This document shows positions 9,633-19,468 of a stretch of 60,862 bases of DNA, piece after piece. Both the position numbers and the translations under genes were made by a program. A model generated the notes under the pieces. It did no database searches. It was not told the origin of the DNA and saw nothing but the letters and a program-made list of their open reading frames with translations. The DNA lies in contig JAAYMM010000017.1 in NCBI GenBank assembly GCA_012521335.1, positions 1-60,862 on the forward strand. The letters are read 5' to 3'. The stretch's first letter is position 1. Each line of letters starts with the position of its first letter. This DNA comes from Bacillota bacterium. GTDB lineage: Bacteria; Bacillota; Limnochordia; Darwinibacteriales; Darwinibacteriaceae.

Positions 9633-10910
9633 ATGGCTTTAATCAGAGAGTTCATCGAAGACTACAGGGGTAAGATCAGTCACTTTCAGCACCTCGCTGA
9701 AGTGTGCGCCTACCAATGTGAAAGTGCACTGAAAAGACAGGGCCTGAGGGTCCTGGTTACCTCTAGGGCCAAACGGCTGGATAGTCTCGCCTCGAAAGTT
9801 GAGGACAGGGCGCAGGAGAAGAACTACCAGAGTATAGAAGAGATCTATGAAGACATCGTTGACCTGGCCGGGGTACGCATTGCCCTATTCTTCCCCCAGG
9901 ATCAGCGGGAAGTGGATCAGTTCATTCGCTCCAACTTTACTGTGGAAAGCGTCAAGGACTTTCCCGAAGCACTGGGACATCCCGGGGCTTATCCTAAGCA
10001 GTTCTTAGGTTACGTGGGGCGCCATTACCGCCTCTACCTGAAACCGGAATCCCTGCCCCCTGAGGAACGGTATCTGGCCAATTACGTTATAGAAGTACAG
10101 GTGGGCACGGTTTTGATGCATGCCTGGGCTGAGGTGGAACATGATTTGGTGTACAAATCCACGGGAGGGTTTCTCTCCCAGGATGAGTATGCCATTTTAG
10201 ATGAGCTCAACGGGCTCATGTATGAGGGCGAGATGGCCCTGGAACGCCTGCAGACCGCGGTGAAAAAACGGGTCACCACCGAGCATCACCCCTTTTCTAA
10301 CCACTATGAGCTGGCCGCCTATCTCCATGAGCAAAAGCGCCGGCTCCTCCCCGGCCCCGACTGCCGGTTTTCCATCGGACGCACTGATGTCTTATTTCAG
10401 TTTTTGAAGATGATCGGCCTCAACTCAGTGCCGGCCTTGAGGCCCATTTTGCAATCCTGCAGCTTCAACCCCGAAGATGATCCGCTCTCCCAGCAGATCG
10501 TCAACCATCTGCTGCTCAGCGATCCCAACTTATACACCGAATACGATCAGGCCAGAACTATGGTTGGTGCCTATGACCCCTTCGGCACCCCCTACGAAAC
10601 AGTGTCTTTTTTCTCAGAAGAAGGCGGCCTTGGGCCTTTCATGCGCAGCTGGATCGCGGTTGAGCAGGCCCTAGGAGAATCTCTGCACCAAGCTCTCGCA
10701 GGCGAGCCCTCAGATCTGGTCTTGGCCCCCCATGTGTACGAGAGCCTCAAGCAGGCGCAGAACCTGCGCAATCAAATCCTGTTTGGCTGTAAGCCCCCCA
10801 GCGAGCAGGAGCTGGACCGGGGAGCAGACTTCCTCGGCGGTTTCCTGGATTTTCTCAGAACAGAGGAAGCTGAACCCGGTGTCCCCGCGGGAAAATCCCT
10901 CAAGGCATAA
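9633..10910 (+). CDS. RelA/SpoT nucleotidyltransferase-domain protein with C-terminal extension
   Basis: RAKRLDSLASK, DLAGVRI, GYVGRHY, EVQVGTVLMHAWAEVEHDLVYK. Confidence 0.85.
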   Translation: MALIREFIEDYRGKISHFQHLAEVCAYQCESALKRQGLRVLVTSRAKRLDSLASKVEDRAQEKNYQSIEEIYEDIVDLAGVRIALFFPQDQREVDQFIRSNFTVESVKDFPEALGHPGAYPKQFLGYVGRHYRLYLKPESLPPEERYLANYVIEVQVGTVLMHAWAEVEHDLVYKSTGGFLSQDEYAILDELNGLMYEGEMALERLQTAVKKRVTTEHHPFSNHYELAAYLHEQKRRLLPGPDCRFSIGRTDVLFQFLKMIGLNSVPALRPILQSCSFNPEDDPLSQQIVNHLLLSDPNLYTEYDQARTMVGAYDPFGTPYETVSFFSEEGGLGPFMRSWIAVEQALGESLHQALAGEPSDLVLAPHVYESLKQAQNLRNQILFGCKPPSEQELDRGADFLGGFLDFLRTEEAEPGVPAGKSLKA

Positions 10911-11011
10911 TATTTCACAGCAGAGGCAGAAAAAAGTAGGAACCAGGTACTCCTTGTGGAATGTACTTCGTGTTCACAAGCAAAAGATGCCAGACAAAAG
11001 GAGGAGACTTG

Positions 11012-12178
11012 ATGAACGTATATGCAAAAGCACTGGAAGAACACAAGAAGTGGCGCGGTAAGGTGGAAATCACCAGCAGGGCTCAGGTCAAAAACTCCGC
11101 TGAGCTCAGCCTAGCCTATTCTCCAGGCGTTGCAGAACCGTGCAGGCAGATCGCGGCCAACCCCGAACTAGTATGGGACTATACCTGGAAGGGCAACACC
11201 ATCGCTGTAGTATCTGATGGCTCCGCAGTCTTAGGCTTGGGCAACATTGGCCCCGCGGCAGCGCTGCCCGTTATGGAGGGTAAGGCCGTTCTGTTCAAAG
11301 AGTTTGCCAATGTCAATGCCATCCCGCTCTGCTTGAACACCCAGGATGTGGATGAAATCGTACGCATCGTTAAAGCCTTAGAGCCCACCATCGCTGGAGT
11401 CAACCTGGAGGACATTGCCTCGCCCCGCTGTTTCGAAATTGAGGAAAGGCTCAAAAAAGAGACGGATATGTTCATTTTCCACGATGATCAGCACGGCACC
11501 GCAGTGGTCACCCTGGCAGGCCTGATCAACGCTCTTAAGGTTGTGGGCAAGGGCAAGGACGTCACCATCGTTGTAAATGGGATTGGCGCCGCCGGAGCTG
11601 CCATCATCAGGATCCTGCTGGAAGATGGCTACACCAATATAAGAGCCTGCGGCCGCCACGGCAGGCTGGTCCCCGGAGATGAGCAGAACAATCCGGCCCA
11701 AGAGGGGATCGCCCAGATCACCAATCCGCAAGGACTCAGGCAGACCCTGGCCGAAGCCATGCAGGGGGCAGATGTGTTTATCGGTGTCTCTGCAGCCAAT
11801 GTGGTAACCCCCGAGATGGTAAAGAGCATGAACGATCAGCCCATCATTATGGCCCTGGCCAATCCCGAACCCGAGATTTCTGTGGAACTGGCTTTGGAAG
11901 CAGGCGCGGCCATTGTGGCCACCGGACGTTCAGACTATCCCAACCAGATCAACAACGTCCTGGGCTTCCCCGGCATTTTCCGCGGCGCTTTGGATGTACG
12001 CGCCAAGGACATCAACTATGCCATGAAAATCGCGGCCGCCAACGCCATTGCCAACCTGGTGGAGAACCCCACCCGCGAGTGCATTATCCCCTCGCCCTTT
12101 GATCCGCGGGTCGCTCCGGCTGTGGCCGATGCCGTTGCCCAAAAAGCAAAGGAAACCGGAGTAGCTCGGGAGGTGTAG
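11012..12178 (+). CDS. NAD(P)-dependent malic enzyme
   Basis: YSPGVAEPC, PVMEGKAVLFK, NLEDI, HDDQHGTA, ATGRSDYPNQINN; ATG 11012 after a GGAGGAG SD. Confidence 0.93.
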   Translation: MNVYAKALEEHKKWRGKVEITSRAQVKNSAELSLAYSPGVAEPCRQIAANPELVWDYTWKGNTIAVVSDGSAVLGLGNIGPAAALPVMEGKAVLFKEFANVNAIPLCLNTQDVDEIVRIVKALEPTIAGVNLEDIASPRCFEIEERLKKETDMFIFHDDQHGTAVVTLAGLINALKVVGKGKDVTIVVNGIGAAGAAIIRILLEDGYTNIRACGRHGRLVPGDEQNNPAQEGIAQITNPQGLRQTLAEAMQGADVFIGVSAANVVTPEMVKSMNDQPIIMALANPEPEISVELALEAGAAIVATGRSDYPNQINNVLGFPGIFRGALDVRAKDINYAMKIAAANAIANLVENPTRECIIPSPFDPRVAPAVADAVAQKAKETGVAREV

Positions 12179-12180
12179 GC

Positions 12181-13353
12181 ATGGGGTGCCCCTTTGACCA
12201 GGTGGTGGACCGCCGCAACACGGCATGCGTTAAATGGGACGGTGTCCTGGAGGCCTACGGATGCGCCGATCTGCTGCCCATGTGGGTGGCAGATATGGAC
12301 TTCCGTCCCCCGGAGACCGTCGTCCAAGCGGTAACAGAACGGGCTGCACACGGAATCTATGGTTACGAGTACCGTCCCGCCCGTTTCAGCCAGGCTGTCC
12401 TCAACTGGTACAAAACCCGCCAGAACTGGGAAATTCATCCTGACTGGCTCATCCACACTCCCGGTGTGGTGGTAGGCCTTACTTTAGCCGTACTGGCCCT
12501 CACTGAGCCAGGAGAGCGGGTGGTCATCCAGCCGCCTGTCTATCCCCCCTTCTTCAGGGTTCTGGAAGCCAACGCACGCACCGTGGTGCAGAACCCCCTA
12601 GTTGAGGTGGAGGGTAGATATGTGATGAACCTAGCCGAGCTGGAAGAGATCTTCCGGTCCGGCGTGAAAACTATGATCCTCTGCAGCCCCCACAACCCCG
12701 TGGGCAGGGTGTGGAGCAGGGCGGAATTAGAGAGCCTGGGCAAGCTGGTGGTGCAGTACGGTGTCACCGTGATCGCCGATGAAATCTGGTCTGATCTGAC
12801 TTTTCCCGGCGTAACGCACACCCCTTTCGCCAACTTGTCACCGGAGATCGCCCAGCAAACTGTAACCTTCAACGCCCCCACCAAGACTTTCAACATCGCG
12901 GGCCTGTACGTCTCCAACGGGATCATTCCCAACCCAGGCTACAGGGAAAAGGTGTGTCAGGTGATGGAGCGCCTGAGTATGGGCGCGGTGGGCTTTTTCG
13001 GGCTGATTGCCGGGGAGACGGCCTACAACACCGGTGCCGAGTGGCTGGATCGCCTTGTGGCCTATCTCGAGGAGAACGCGCGGTTCGTCCAGGCCGAGCT
13101 GGCCAAAAGGGCGCCTCAGCTTAGGGTCAACAAGCCTGAGGGCACCTACGTACTCTGGCTGGACTGCCGGGAACTCGGGATTCCCTATGAAGAGCTGAAC
13201 CAGTTTTTTGTGCGCGAAGCCGGCATCGCCTTTAACGAAGGCTCCGCCTTCGGCCCGGCAGGGCTGGGGTTCCAGCGCATGAACATCGGCTGTCCCCGGA
13301 GTTTGATCGCAGAGGCCCTGAACAGAATAGAAAAAGCGCTGGCTGCGCTGTAG
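12181..13353 (+). CDS. patB: MalY/PatB family PLP-dependent cystathionine beta-lyase
   Basis: LPMWVADMDF, LCSPHNPVGRVW, IADEIW, PLP lysine in APTKTFNIAGL. Confidence 0.9.
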   Translation: MGCPFDQVVDRRNTACVKWDGVLEAYGCADLLPMWVADMDFRPPETVVQAVTERAAHGIYGYEYRPARFSQAVLNWYKTRQNWEIHPDWLIHTPGVVVGLTLAVLALTEPGERVVIQPPVYPPFFRVLEANARTVVQNPLVEVEGRYVMNLAELEEIFRSGVKTMILCSPHNPVGRVWSRAELESLGKLVVQYGVTVIADEIWSDLTFPGVTHTPFANLSPEIAQQTVTFNAPTKTFNIAGLYVSNGIIPNPGYREKVCQVMERLSMGAVGFFGLIAGETAYNTGAEWLDRLVAYLEENARFVQAELAKRAPQLRVNKPEGTYVLWLDCRELGIPYEELNQFFVREAGIAFNEGSAFGPAGLGFQRMNIGCPRSLIAEALNRIEKALAAL

Positions 13354-13366
13354 GCTTAACGTTCAG

Positions 13367-13400
13367 AAAAGCGCCTGGAGGAGCTGCTCCAGGCGCTTTT
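13367..13400. terminator. Bidirectional intrinsic terminator between patB and aguA
   Basis: AAAAGCGCCTGGAG-GAGCTG-CTCCAGGCGCTTTT. Confidence 0.88.
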
Positions 13401-13407
13401 GTGTTTC

Positions 13408-15441
13408 TCAAGGGTATATTTTCCGTCCGTGGATATCGGGGATGTGGGTAAGGCGGTAGAAGTAGGTGTTGAGCACATCGCGCCACTCCTTGGCATCCAC
13501 CAGCTGGCCCTCCAGGCGCTCCAGCACGTGAAAGAAAGTCTCCGGGTTGATCTTCCCTTCGAGCCCCTTCCATTTCTCGATCATCTCTTCCACCTGCTCT
13601 ACTCCCAGGAAGTGAGTGTCGTAAATGTGCTGGATCAGAGTCTTCCCCGACTTGAGCACGTGCGTATAGGGAATGCGGTGGAAAAAGAGCAGCAGTTCTT
13701 CCGGGCAGGTCTCCACCGTTTCATACCGTCGAGCGTTTTCCGGCCGGTACTGCCCGGCGAAACCAGTACCGCTCCTCACGCTCCTGTCCACGCCGATAGC
13801 CGTGCGATCGGCCCGGTGGTAGGTGCCCCAGCGGGAATACTCATACCCTTCCGGGCTCGGCCCGTAGTGATGGCCGGGATTGCACATCCAACCGATTCCT
13901 AACGGTACGGTGTAGTTCTCGTAAACCTGCCAGGAACCCAAAAGCAGCTCGCTTACCGTTGCCACCACCTCTGGGTCGTGTCCGAAAGTGAGAACCACCC
14001 ATTCCCTGGTGATCTGCTCGGACGTCAGCTCAGGGTCCCAGGCCAGACGGCCGTAGCCGTAGAGATTTGCTTGGGCCAAAGTGTGGCCTGTCCAATTGGG
14101 ATCATCGCCTATATTAGCCACTGCTGCCAAGCCGCTCCAGCGCTGGGGAAAAACAGAGCCCGTGACGATCTTGGCCACTGTGGTTCCCGGCCCCTGCGCA
14201 TAGGTATCGAAAGCGAGGATCTCTTTCCACTGGGGAACTAAGTAACAGAGGTGCCGCTGCTGTCCGGTGTACTCCTGAGTAATCTGGAGTTCCAAGACTT
14301 GATTAGTGCGCTCCAAACCTCCGAACAGAGGGGAGACAGGTTCCCGTACCTGGAAATCCATGGGGCCGTTTTTGATCTGCAGGATGACGTTGTCCCTAAA
14401 CAGGCCATCGAGGGGCATGAAGTGATCGTAGGCCGCCCGGGCCCGGTCAGTCTTGGTATCGCGCCAATCCTGCGCGCAGTTGTAGACAAAGCAGCGCCAA
14501 ACCACAATTCCTCCGAAAGGCTCCAGAGCTTCGGCCAGCATATTGGCCCCCTCCGCATGGCTGCGGCCGTAGGTGAAAGGCCCCGGCCGGTTTTCCGAGT
14601 CGGCCTTGACCAGGAAACCGCCCAAATCGGGAATCACCGAGTAGATCTGGGCCGCCCTGTCCCTCCACCACTCCCGCACCTCGGAGTTCAGGGGATCCGC
14701 TGTATCCAGCCCGAACTCTAAAGGGGTGGCGAAGTTGATGCTGAGGAACAGCCGGATTCCGTACTCCCGGAAAATGGAACTGATCACCCTGACCAGCTCC
14801 AGCTTGGCCGCGATGAGCTGCGTCTCTTCCCGATGCACGTTTACGTTGTTCACCGCAACCCCGTTGATCCCCAAGGAAGCGAGCAGCCGAGCGTAATCGC
14901 GCACACGGTCCAGGTCTTCCACAAGATCGTTATCCCTGAAGAAGATGGATCGACCTGCGTACCCGCGCTCTATGCTGCCATCCAGGTTGTCCCAGTGGTT
15001 GAGCAGGCGCAGGGGCGTGCGCGGCCAGTCTTCCCGCTCTAGGCCGGCTGCAATTTCCCCCAGCTGCAGGGCACGTAAGAAGGCAAAGGTGCCGTAGAGC
15101 AGCCCCTGTTCACCCGGGCTGGCAATGACCACCCGCAGCGCGCCCTGTTCCTCGCGCACAGACAGGCGAAAGCCCTCTGGGTTCATGCTCTCCTCAGAGC
15201 GTTCCACCAAGCGTACTTCCACTGCGGCCTCGGCCGCTTGTTCCACCACTCGCGGCTCCTGCCCCAGTAAGCCCCTGAGGCCCCGCCTCAGCTCTGCAGT
15301 AATCGCTTGGGTCAGCGTCTCGGCACCCACAACGGCTGTGGTCTGCAGCTGGCCCGCGTACCTCGCCAGCAGTTCTGGCGGAAGCAGGTCGTAGTTCAGC
15401 CAACAGCCGTAATCCCTTAGTTCCTTGTAGTTTGCTGCCAT
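13408..15441 (-). CDS. aguA: GH67 xylan alpha-1,2-glucuronidase (no signal peptide)
   Basis: [40 protein letters not shown]; ATG 15441 after GGAGGG. Confidence 0.95.
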   Translation of the reverse strand: MAANYKELRDYGCWLNYDLLPPELLARYAGQLQTTAVVGAETLTQAITAELRRGLRGLLGQEPRVVEQAAEAAVEVRLVERSEESMNPEGFRLSVREEQGALRVVIASPGEQGLLYGTFAFLRALQLGEIAAGLEREDWPRTPLRLLNHWDNLDGSIERGYAGRSIFFRDNDLVEDLDRVRDYARLLASLGINGVAVNNVNVHREETQLIAAKLELVRVISSIFREYGIRLFLSINFATPLEFGLDTADPLNSEVREWWRDRAAQIYSVIPDLGGFLVKADSENRPGPFTYGRSHAEGANMLAEALEPFGGIVVWRCFVYNCAQDWRDTKTDRARAAYDHFMPLDGLFRDNVILQIKNGPMDFQVREPVSPLFGGLERTNQVLELQITQEYTGQQRHLCYLVPQWKEILAFDTYAQGPGTTVAKIVTGSVFPQRWSGLAAVANIGDDPNWTGHTLAQANLYGYGRLAWDPELTSEQITREWVVLTFGHDPEVVATVSELLLGSWQVYENYTVPLGIGWMCNPGHHYGPSPEGYEYSRWGTYHRADRTAIGVDRSVRSGTGFAGQYRPENARRYETVETCPEELLLFFHRIPYTHVLKSGKTLIQHIYDTHFLGVEQVEEMIEKWKGLEGKINPETFFHVLERLEGQLVDAKEWRDVLNTYFYRLTHIPDIHGRKIYP

Positions 15442-15479
15442 ATCCGGCCCTCCCAGTTCTTCAGCTTTCGAGAATACTA

Positions 15480-15488
15480 TGGTACAAT
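15480..15488 (+). promoter_or_regulatory. Extended -10 promoter candidate for the GH3 gene
   Basis: TG-G-TACAAT in the 86-bp divergent intergenic region. Confidence 0.45.
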
Positions 15489-15527
15489 TTAACAATAACC
15501 CATGTTCGGAAAGACGGTGATAACAAA

Positions 15528-17687
15528 ATGCTGTTCAAGCGCAGTGATCTGCCTTTAGAGGAACGCATCGCGGACCTAATTTCCCGCCTGACCCTGGAGG
15601 AAAAAGTGTCCCAGCTGGTTTATGATTCCGCTGCCATCCCCCGCCTGGGCATTCCCGAGTACAACTGGTGGAATGAGTGCCTGCACGGTGTGGCACGGGC
15701 CGGCACAGCCACCGTTTTCCCTCAAGCCATCGGTATGGCTGCCTCCTTCAATGCCCCGCTGCTGCACAAGGTGGCCCAAGTGATCGCCGCAGAAGCTAGG
15801 GCCAAGCATCACGAGGCCGCCCGCCGCGGGGATCGCGGCATCTATAAAGGCCTGACTTTTTGGACTCCCAACATCAACATCTTCCGCGATCCCCGCTGGG
15901 GCCGGGGCCAGGAAACGTACGGAGAAGACCCCTACCTCACCGCCACCCTGGGCATCGCCTTTGTGCGCGGCCTGCAGGGCGATCATCCAAGGTATTTGAA
16001 GGCAGCGGCCTGTGCCAAGCACTTCGCGGTGCACAGCGGCCCGGAGAGCCTCCGCCACAGCTTCGATGCCCGCTGCAGCCAGAAGGACCTCTATGAAACC
16101 TACCTGCCGGCGTTCCGCGCCCTGGTTACCGAAGCCCAGGTGGAAGCGGTGATGGGAGCTTACAACCGCACCAATGGCGAACCGTGCTGCGCCAGCCCAA
16201 CGCTGCTGCAGAAGATTCTCAGGGAGGACTGGTCGTTCCAGGGCCATGTGGTCTCCGACTGCGGAGCCATTTACGATCTCCACGCCCATCACCAAGTGAC
16301 AGACAGCCCTGAAGAATCTGCGGCCTCAGCCGTGAAACACGGCTGTGACCTCAACTGCGGGCGGGTGTACCCCGCCTTGGTAGAAGCTGTGGCCCAAGGG
16401 TTGATCTCTGAGGAGGAGATCGATCAGGCTCTGGCGCGCCTGCTGCGCACCAAGTTCAGATTAGGCCTGTTTGACCCAGAGGAAGAGGTACCCTACGCGC
16501 AGATCCCCTATGAAGTGGTGGCCTGCCCTGAACACCGCGCTCTCAGCAGGGAGATGGCTCGCCAGTCCATGGTTCTCCTGAAAAACGACAACAACCTGCT
16601 GCCCCTGGCCAAAGATCTGAACACGGTAGCCGTCATCGGCCCCAATGCCGATGCCCGTGGAATCCTCCTGGGCAACTACTACGGCACCTCCGCGCAGCTG
16701 GTTACGGCCTTAGAAGGCATCCGCCGCAAGTTAGAGCCCCATGCCAGAGTGCTCTATGCCCAGGGCTGCGATCTTTTCTCCACCAAACCCAGTTATTGGG
16801 GCAACAGCCCCAAGGCAGGATTTGCCGAAGCCCTGGCAGCAGCAGCCCGGGCCGATGCGGTGATCATGTGCCTGGGCATCTCACCTGAGCTGGAGGGAGA
16901 AGAAGGGGCGGCAGCCAACTCCGACGGCGGAGGGGACAGAACTTCTCTGGAGCTCCCGGGCATGCAGAACGAGCTGCTGAAAGAAGTGGCCGCCCTGGGC
17001 AAGCCACTGGTTCTGGTCCTCTTCAGCGGAAGCCCCCTCACCATCACTTGGGCTCAGGAGCATGTGCCCGCCATCATCCAAGCCTGGTATCCCGGGGAAG
17101 AAGGCGGGAATGCGCTGGCGGATCTCATCTTCGGCGACTACAACCCCGCAGGCCGCCTACCCGTCACCTTCGTTAAGTCGGTGGACCAGCTTCCTCCCTT
17201 CACAGACTACTCCATGGAGGGCCGAACTTACCGCTATCTCAAAGAGGAGCCCCTCTATCCCTTCGGCTACGGGCTGAGTTACACCACCTTCAGCTACAGC
17301 AGCCTCCAGGCCCCAGCTGAGCTGGCGGTCGGCCAGGAGCTTGTGGTGCAGGTAGAGGTGGAAAACACAGGTGCCCGGGCAGGCGATGAAGTGGTGCAGC
17401 TGTACATCAAACACCTGGACGCTGCCGTGCCCACTCCCCACTTCTCGCTGCAGGGCTTTGCCAGAATCCACCTGGAGCCGGGGGAAAGGCGCACTGTCAC
17501 CTTCCAGCTCACCCCCAGGCAGCTGGCGGTGTTCGCGGAAGACGGCCGCTGCCTGGTGGAACCTGGCTCTCTGCAGATCTTCGCGGGAGGCAGCCAGCCC
17601 GATGCCCGGAGTCAAGAGCTTACTGGGCAGAAACCCCTTTCTGCTCAAGTCAGGCTGATAGGAGAGGCTCTAGAACTCCCACGCTGA
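15528..17687 (+). CDS. GH3 beta-xylosidase-like glycoside hydrolase (cytoplasmic)
   Basis: [33 protein letters not shown], nucleophile in VVSDCGAI, FnIII-like C-terminus. Confidence 0.92.
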   Translation: MLFKRSDLPLEERIADLISRLTLEEKVSQLVYDSAAIPRLGIPEYNWWNECLHGVARAGTATVFPQAIGMAASFNAPLLHKVAQVIAAEARAKHHEAARRGDRGIYKGLTFWTPNINIFRDPRWGRGQETYGEDPYLTATLGIAFVRGLQGDHPRYLKAAACAKHFAVHSGPESLRHSFDARCSQKDLYETYLPAFRALVTEAQVEAVMGAYNRTNGEPCCASPTLLQKILREDWSFQGHVVSDCGAIYDLHAHHQVTDSPEESAASAVKHGCDLNCGRVYPALVEAVAQGLISEEEIDQALARLLRTKFRLGLFDPEEEVPYAQIPYEVVACPEHRALSREMARQSMVLLKNDNNLLPLAKDLNTVAVIGPNADARGILLGNYYGTSAQLVTALEGIRRKLEPHARVLYAQGCDLFSTKPSYWGNSPKAGFAEALAAAARADAVIMCLGISPELEGEEGAAANSDGGGDRTSLELPGMQNELLKEVAALGKPLVLVLFSGSPLTITWAQEHVPAIIQAWYPGEEGGNALADLIFGDYNPAGRLPVTFVKSVDQLPPFTDYSMEGRTYRYLKEEPLYPFGYGLSYTTFSYSSLQAPAELAVGQELVVQVEVENTGARAGDEVVQLYIKHLDAAVPTPHFSLQGFARIHLEPGERRTVTFQLTPRQLAVFAEDGRCLVEPGSLQIFAGGSQPDARSQELTGQKPLSAQVRLIGEALELPR

Positions 17688-17693
17688 CATGGG

Positions 17694-18560
17694 CTACTCC
17701 CCGGCGATGCCGGATGTGCCCATGGTCTGGACAATCCTGGATTGGTTGATCACGAAGACCGTGATGGGCACGGTCATGAGCAGCACGGACACCGCGGCGG
17801 CGACCCCGGCGCGGCCGACGCCTCCGCCGATAATCTGCCCCAGCGCATAGGGCAAGGGCTTCAACTCTTCAGAGTAGATGAACAGCGCGCCTTGATCTCC
17901 CCAGAGCTGCTGAAAGTTTAGGATGATCAGGGTGAGCCAGGCGGGTTTCACGATGGGCATCACAATCTTCCAGTGGATGTACCATTCCGAAGCTCCATCA
18001 ATGCGCGCTGCTTCCAGCAGAGAATCATGCACCATATGGGTGATAAAATTGCGCATGAGGAACACTCCCAGGGTAGTCCCCCAAGCAGGGATAACCAAGG
18101 CCGCGTAGGTGTTGATCCAGCCTAGGTAGGAGATGATCAGATAGCGGGGGATGACCAGCACCGAGCCGGCAAACATGAGCGAGAACAGAATCAGGTTGTT
18201 GATCAGCTGCCTGCCCCTGAAGTCGTGTTTGGCGAGAGCATAGGCGCAGAGTGAACCCAGGATCACGTTGCCCGCGCTGCCCGCACCCACGATAAACAGG
18301 GAGTTAAACAGGTAGCGCGACACGGGAACCCAGGATTGCGCCATGAGCAGGAACAGATCGCTGAAGTTGCTCAGCGTAGGATGGCGCGGCAGGAACTGCG
18401 GCGGAAAGATGAACAGCTCGTTCAAGGGCTTAAATGCCTGGCAGATGGCATAGAACATGGGCAGCGCCATGTAAATGGCACCAAGGGCCAGCAGTGTTAA
18501 GATGGCCGCATCCCCTGCGGTGGAACGGGCTAGACGGCGGTTGCTGATTCGCAGACGCAT
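17694..18560 (-). CDS. Carbohydrate ABC permease (MalG-like)
   Basis: EAA motif LLEAARIDGAS, about 6 TM. Confidence 0.92.
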   Translation of the reverse strand: MRLRISNRRLARSTAGDAAILTLLALGAIYMALPMFYAICQAFKPLNELFIFPPQFLPRHPTLSNFSDLFLLMAQSWVPVSRYLFNSLFIVGAGSAGNVILGSLCAYALAKHDFRGRQLINNLILFSLMFAGSVLVIPRYLIISYLGWINTYAALVIPAWGTTLGVFLMRNFITHMVHDSLLEAARIDGASEWYIHWKIVMPIVKPAWLTLIILNFQQLWGDQGALFIYSEELKPLPYALGQIIGGGVGRAGVAAAVSVLLMTVPITVFVINQSRIVQTMGTSGIAGE

Positions 18561-18577
18561 TGCGTTTCCCTCCCCTG

Positions 18578-19468
18578 CTAAGCTATGCGGCGCAGAAGCC
18601 TCTGCACCAGGCGCTGCACCAACACCATGGTGATAAACAGGAGTACGGCCATGGCAGAGGCATAACCCATCTCATAGCGCACATAACCGTAATCGTTGAT
18701 GTGCTGCACGATAGTCCAAGTGGCCCAGTCCGTGGGGGCAGTGCCCGTGAGGGCCTGGATCTGGTCGGCAGCTGCGAAAGAGTTGGTAATACTGATAATG
18801 GCCCCGAACATCAAGTGGTGCTTCATCATGGGCAGGGTTATGTACCACAACTCCTGCCAGCGGTTGCGAATGCCGTCGATGGCTCCCGCTTCATAGTAGA
18901 TGGGGTCGATGCCCTGCAGGCCCGCGATAAAGGTTAAAAAGCTCACGCCCAGACTCATCCACAGGATCACCACGATCACAATGGGCATCATCCATCTAGG
19001 ATCGACGAGCCATTGGATGGGCTTGTCAATGATGCCCCAGTACAGCAGGATGCCGTTGATATACCCGTAGGCGTCGCCGCTGAACAGTACCGTCCAGATC
19101 ATGAAGGCATTGGCGGAAATGCTGGGCGCATAGAAGAGCAGCGTGAGTATGGCCCGAATCCTCGGTTTGAGCTCGTTGATCAGCCAGGCAAAGATGAAAC
19201 ACAGAGCATAGCTCAAGGGGCCCGTGATGGCTGCAAAGAGCAGGGTGTTCTTCACCGCGATGAGGAACACATCGTCTTCCAAGAACAGGGCCAGGTAGTT
19301 AGACCAACCCACCCAGCGGGGAGGCTCCACCATGTTGAAGTAGGTAAAGCTGAGCCCCATGGCAATAAGGATGGGCGCCAGCACGAAAACGGTGAACACC
19401 AGCAGGAACGGCGCCACAAACAGATATGAAACCCGCTTTTCCCTCAGTTCCAGCCAGAATGCCTTCAC
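18578..19468 (-). CDS. Carbohydrate ABC permease (MalF-like)
   Basis: YYEAGAIDGI motif; GTG 19468 overlaps the upstream TGA (GTGA). Confidence 0.92.
   Translation of the reverse strand: MKAFWLELREKRVSYLFVAPFLLVFTVFVLAPILIAMGLSFTYFNMVEPPRWVGWSNYLALFLEDDVFLIAVKNTLLFAAITGPLSYALCFIFAWLINELKPRIRAILTLLFYAPSISANAFMIWTVLFSGDAYGYINGILLYWGIIDKPIQWLVDPRWMMPIVIVVILWMSLGVSFLTFIAGLQGIDPIYYEAGAIDGIRNRWQELWYITLPMMKHHLMFGAIISITNSFAAADQIQALTGTAPTDWATWTIVQHINDYGYVRYEMGYASAMAVLLFITMVLVQRLVQRLLRRIA

Noticed and set aside
10953-10980. Rex-like half sites TTGTGGA...TTCACAA upstream of the malic enzyme
   Set aside because: The spacer is 12 nt; Rex boxes need 4 nt. At most a weak hairpin.
15474-15485. ATACTATGGTAC as a third copy of the GntR operator at aguA/GH3
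   Set aside because: It is not palindromic, needs a gap to align, and is better explained as an extended -10 element.
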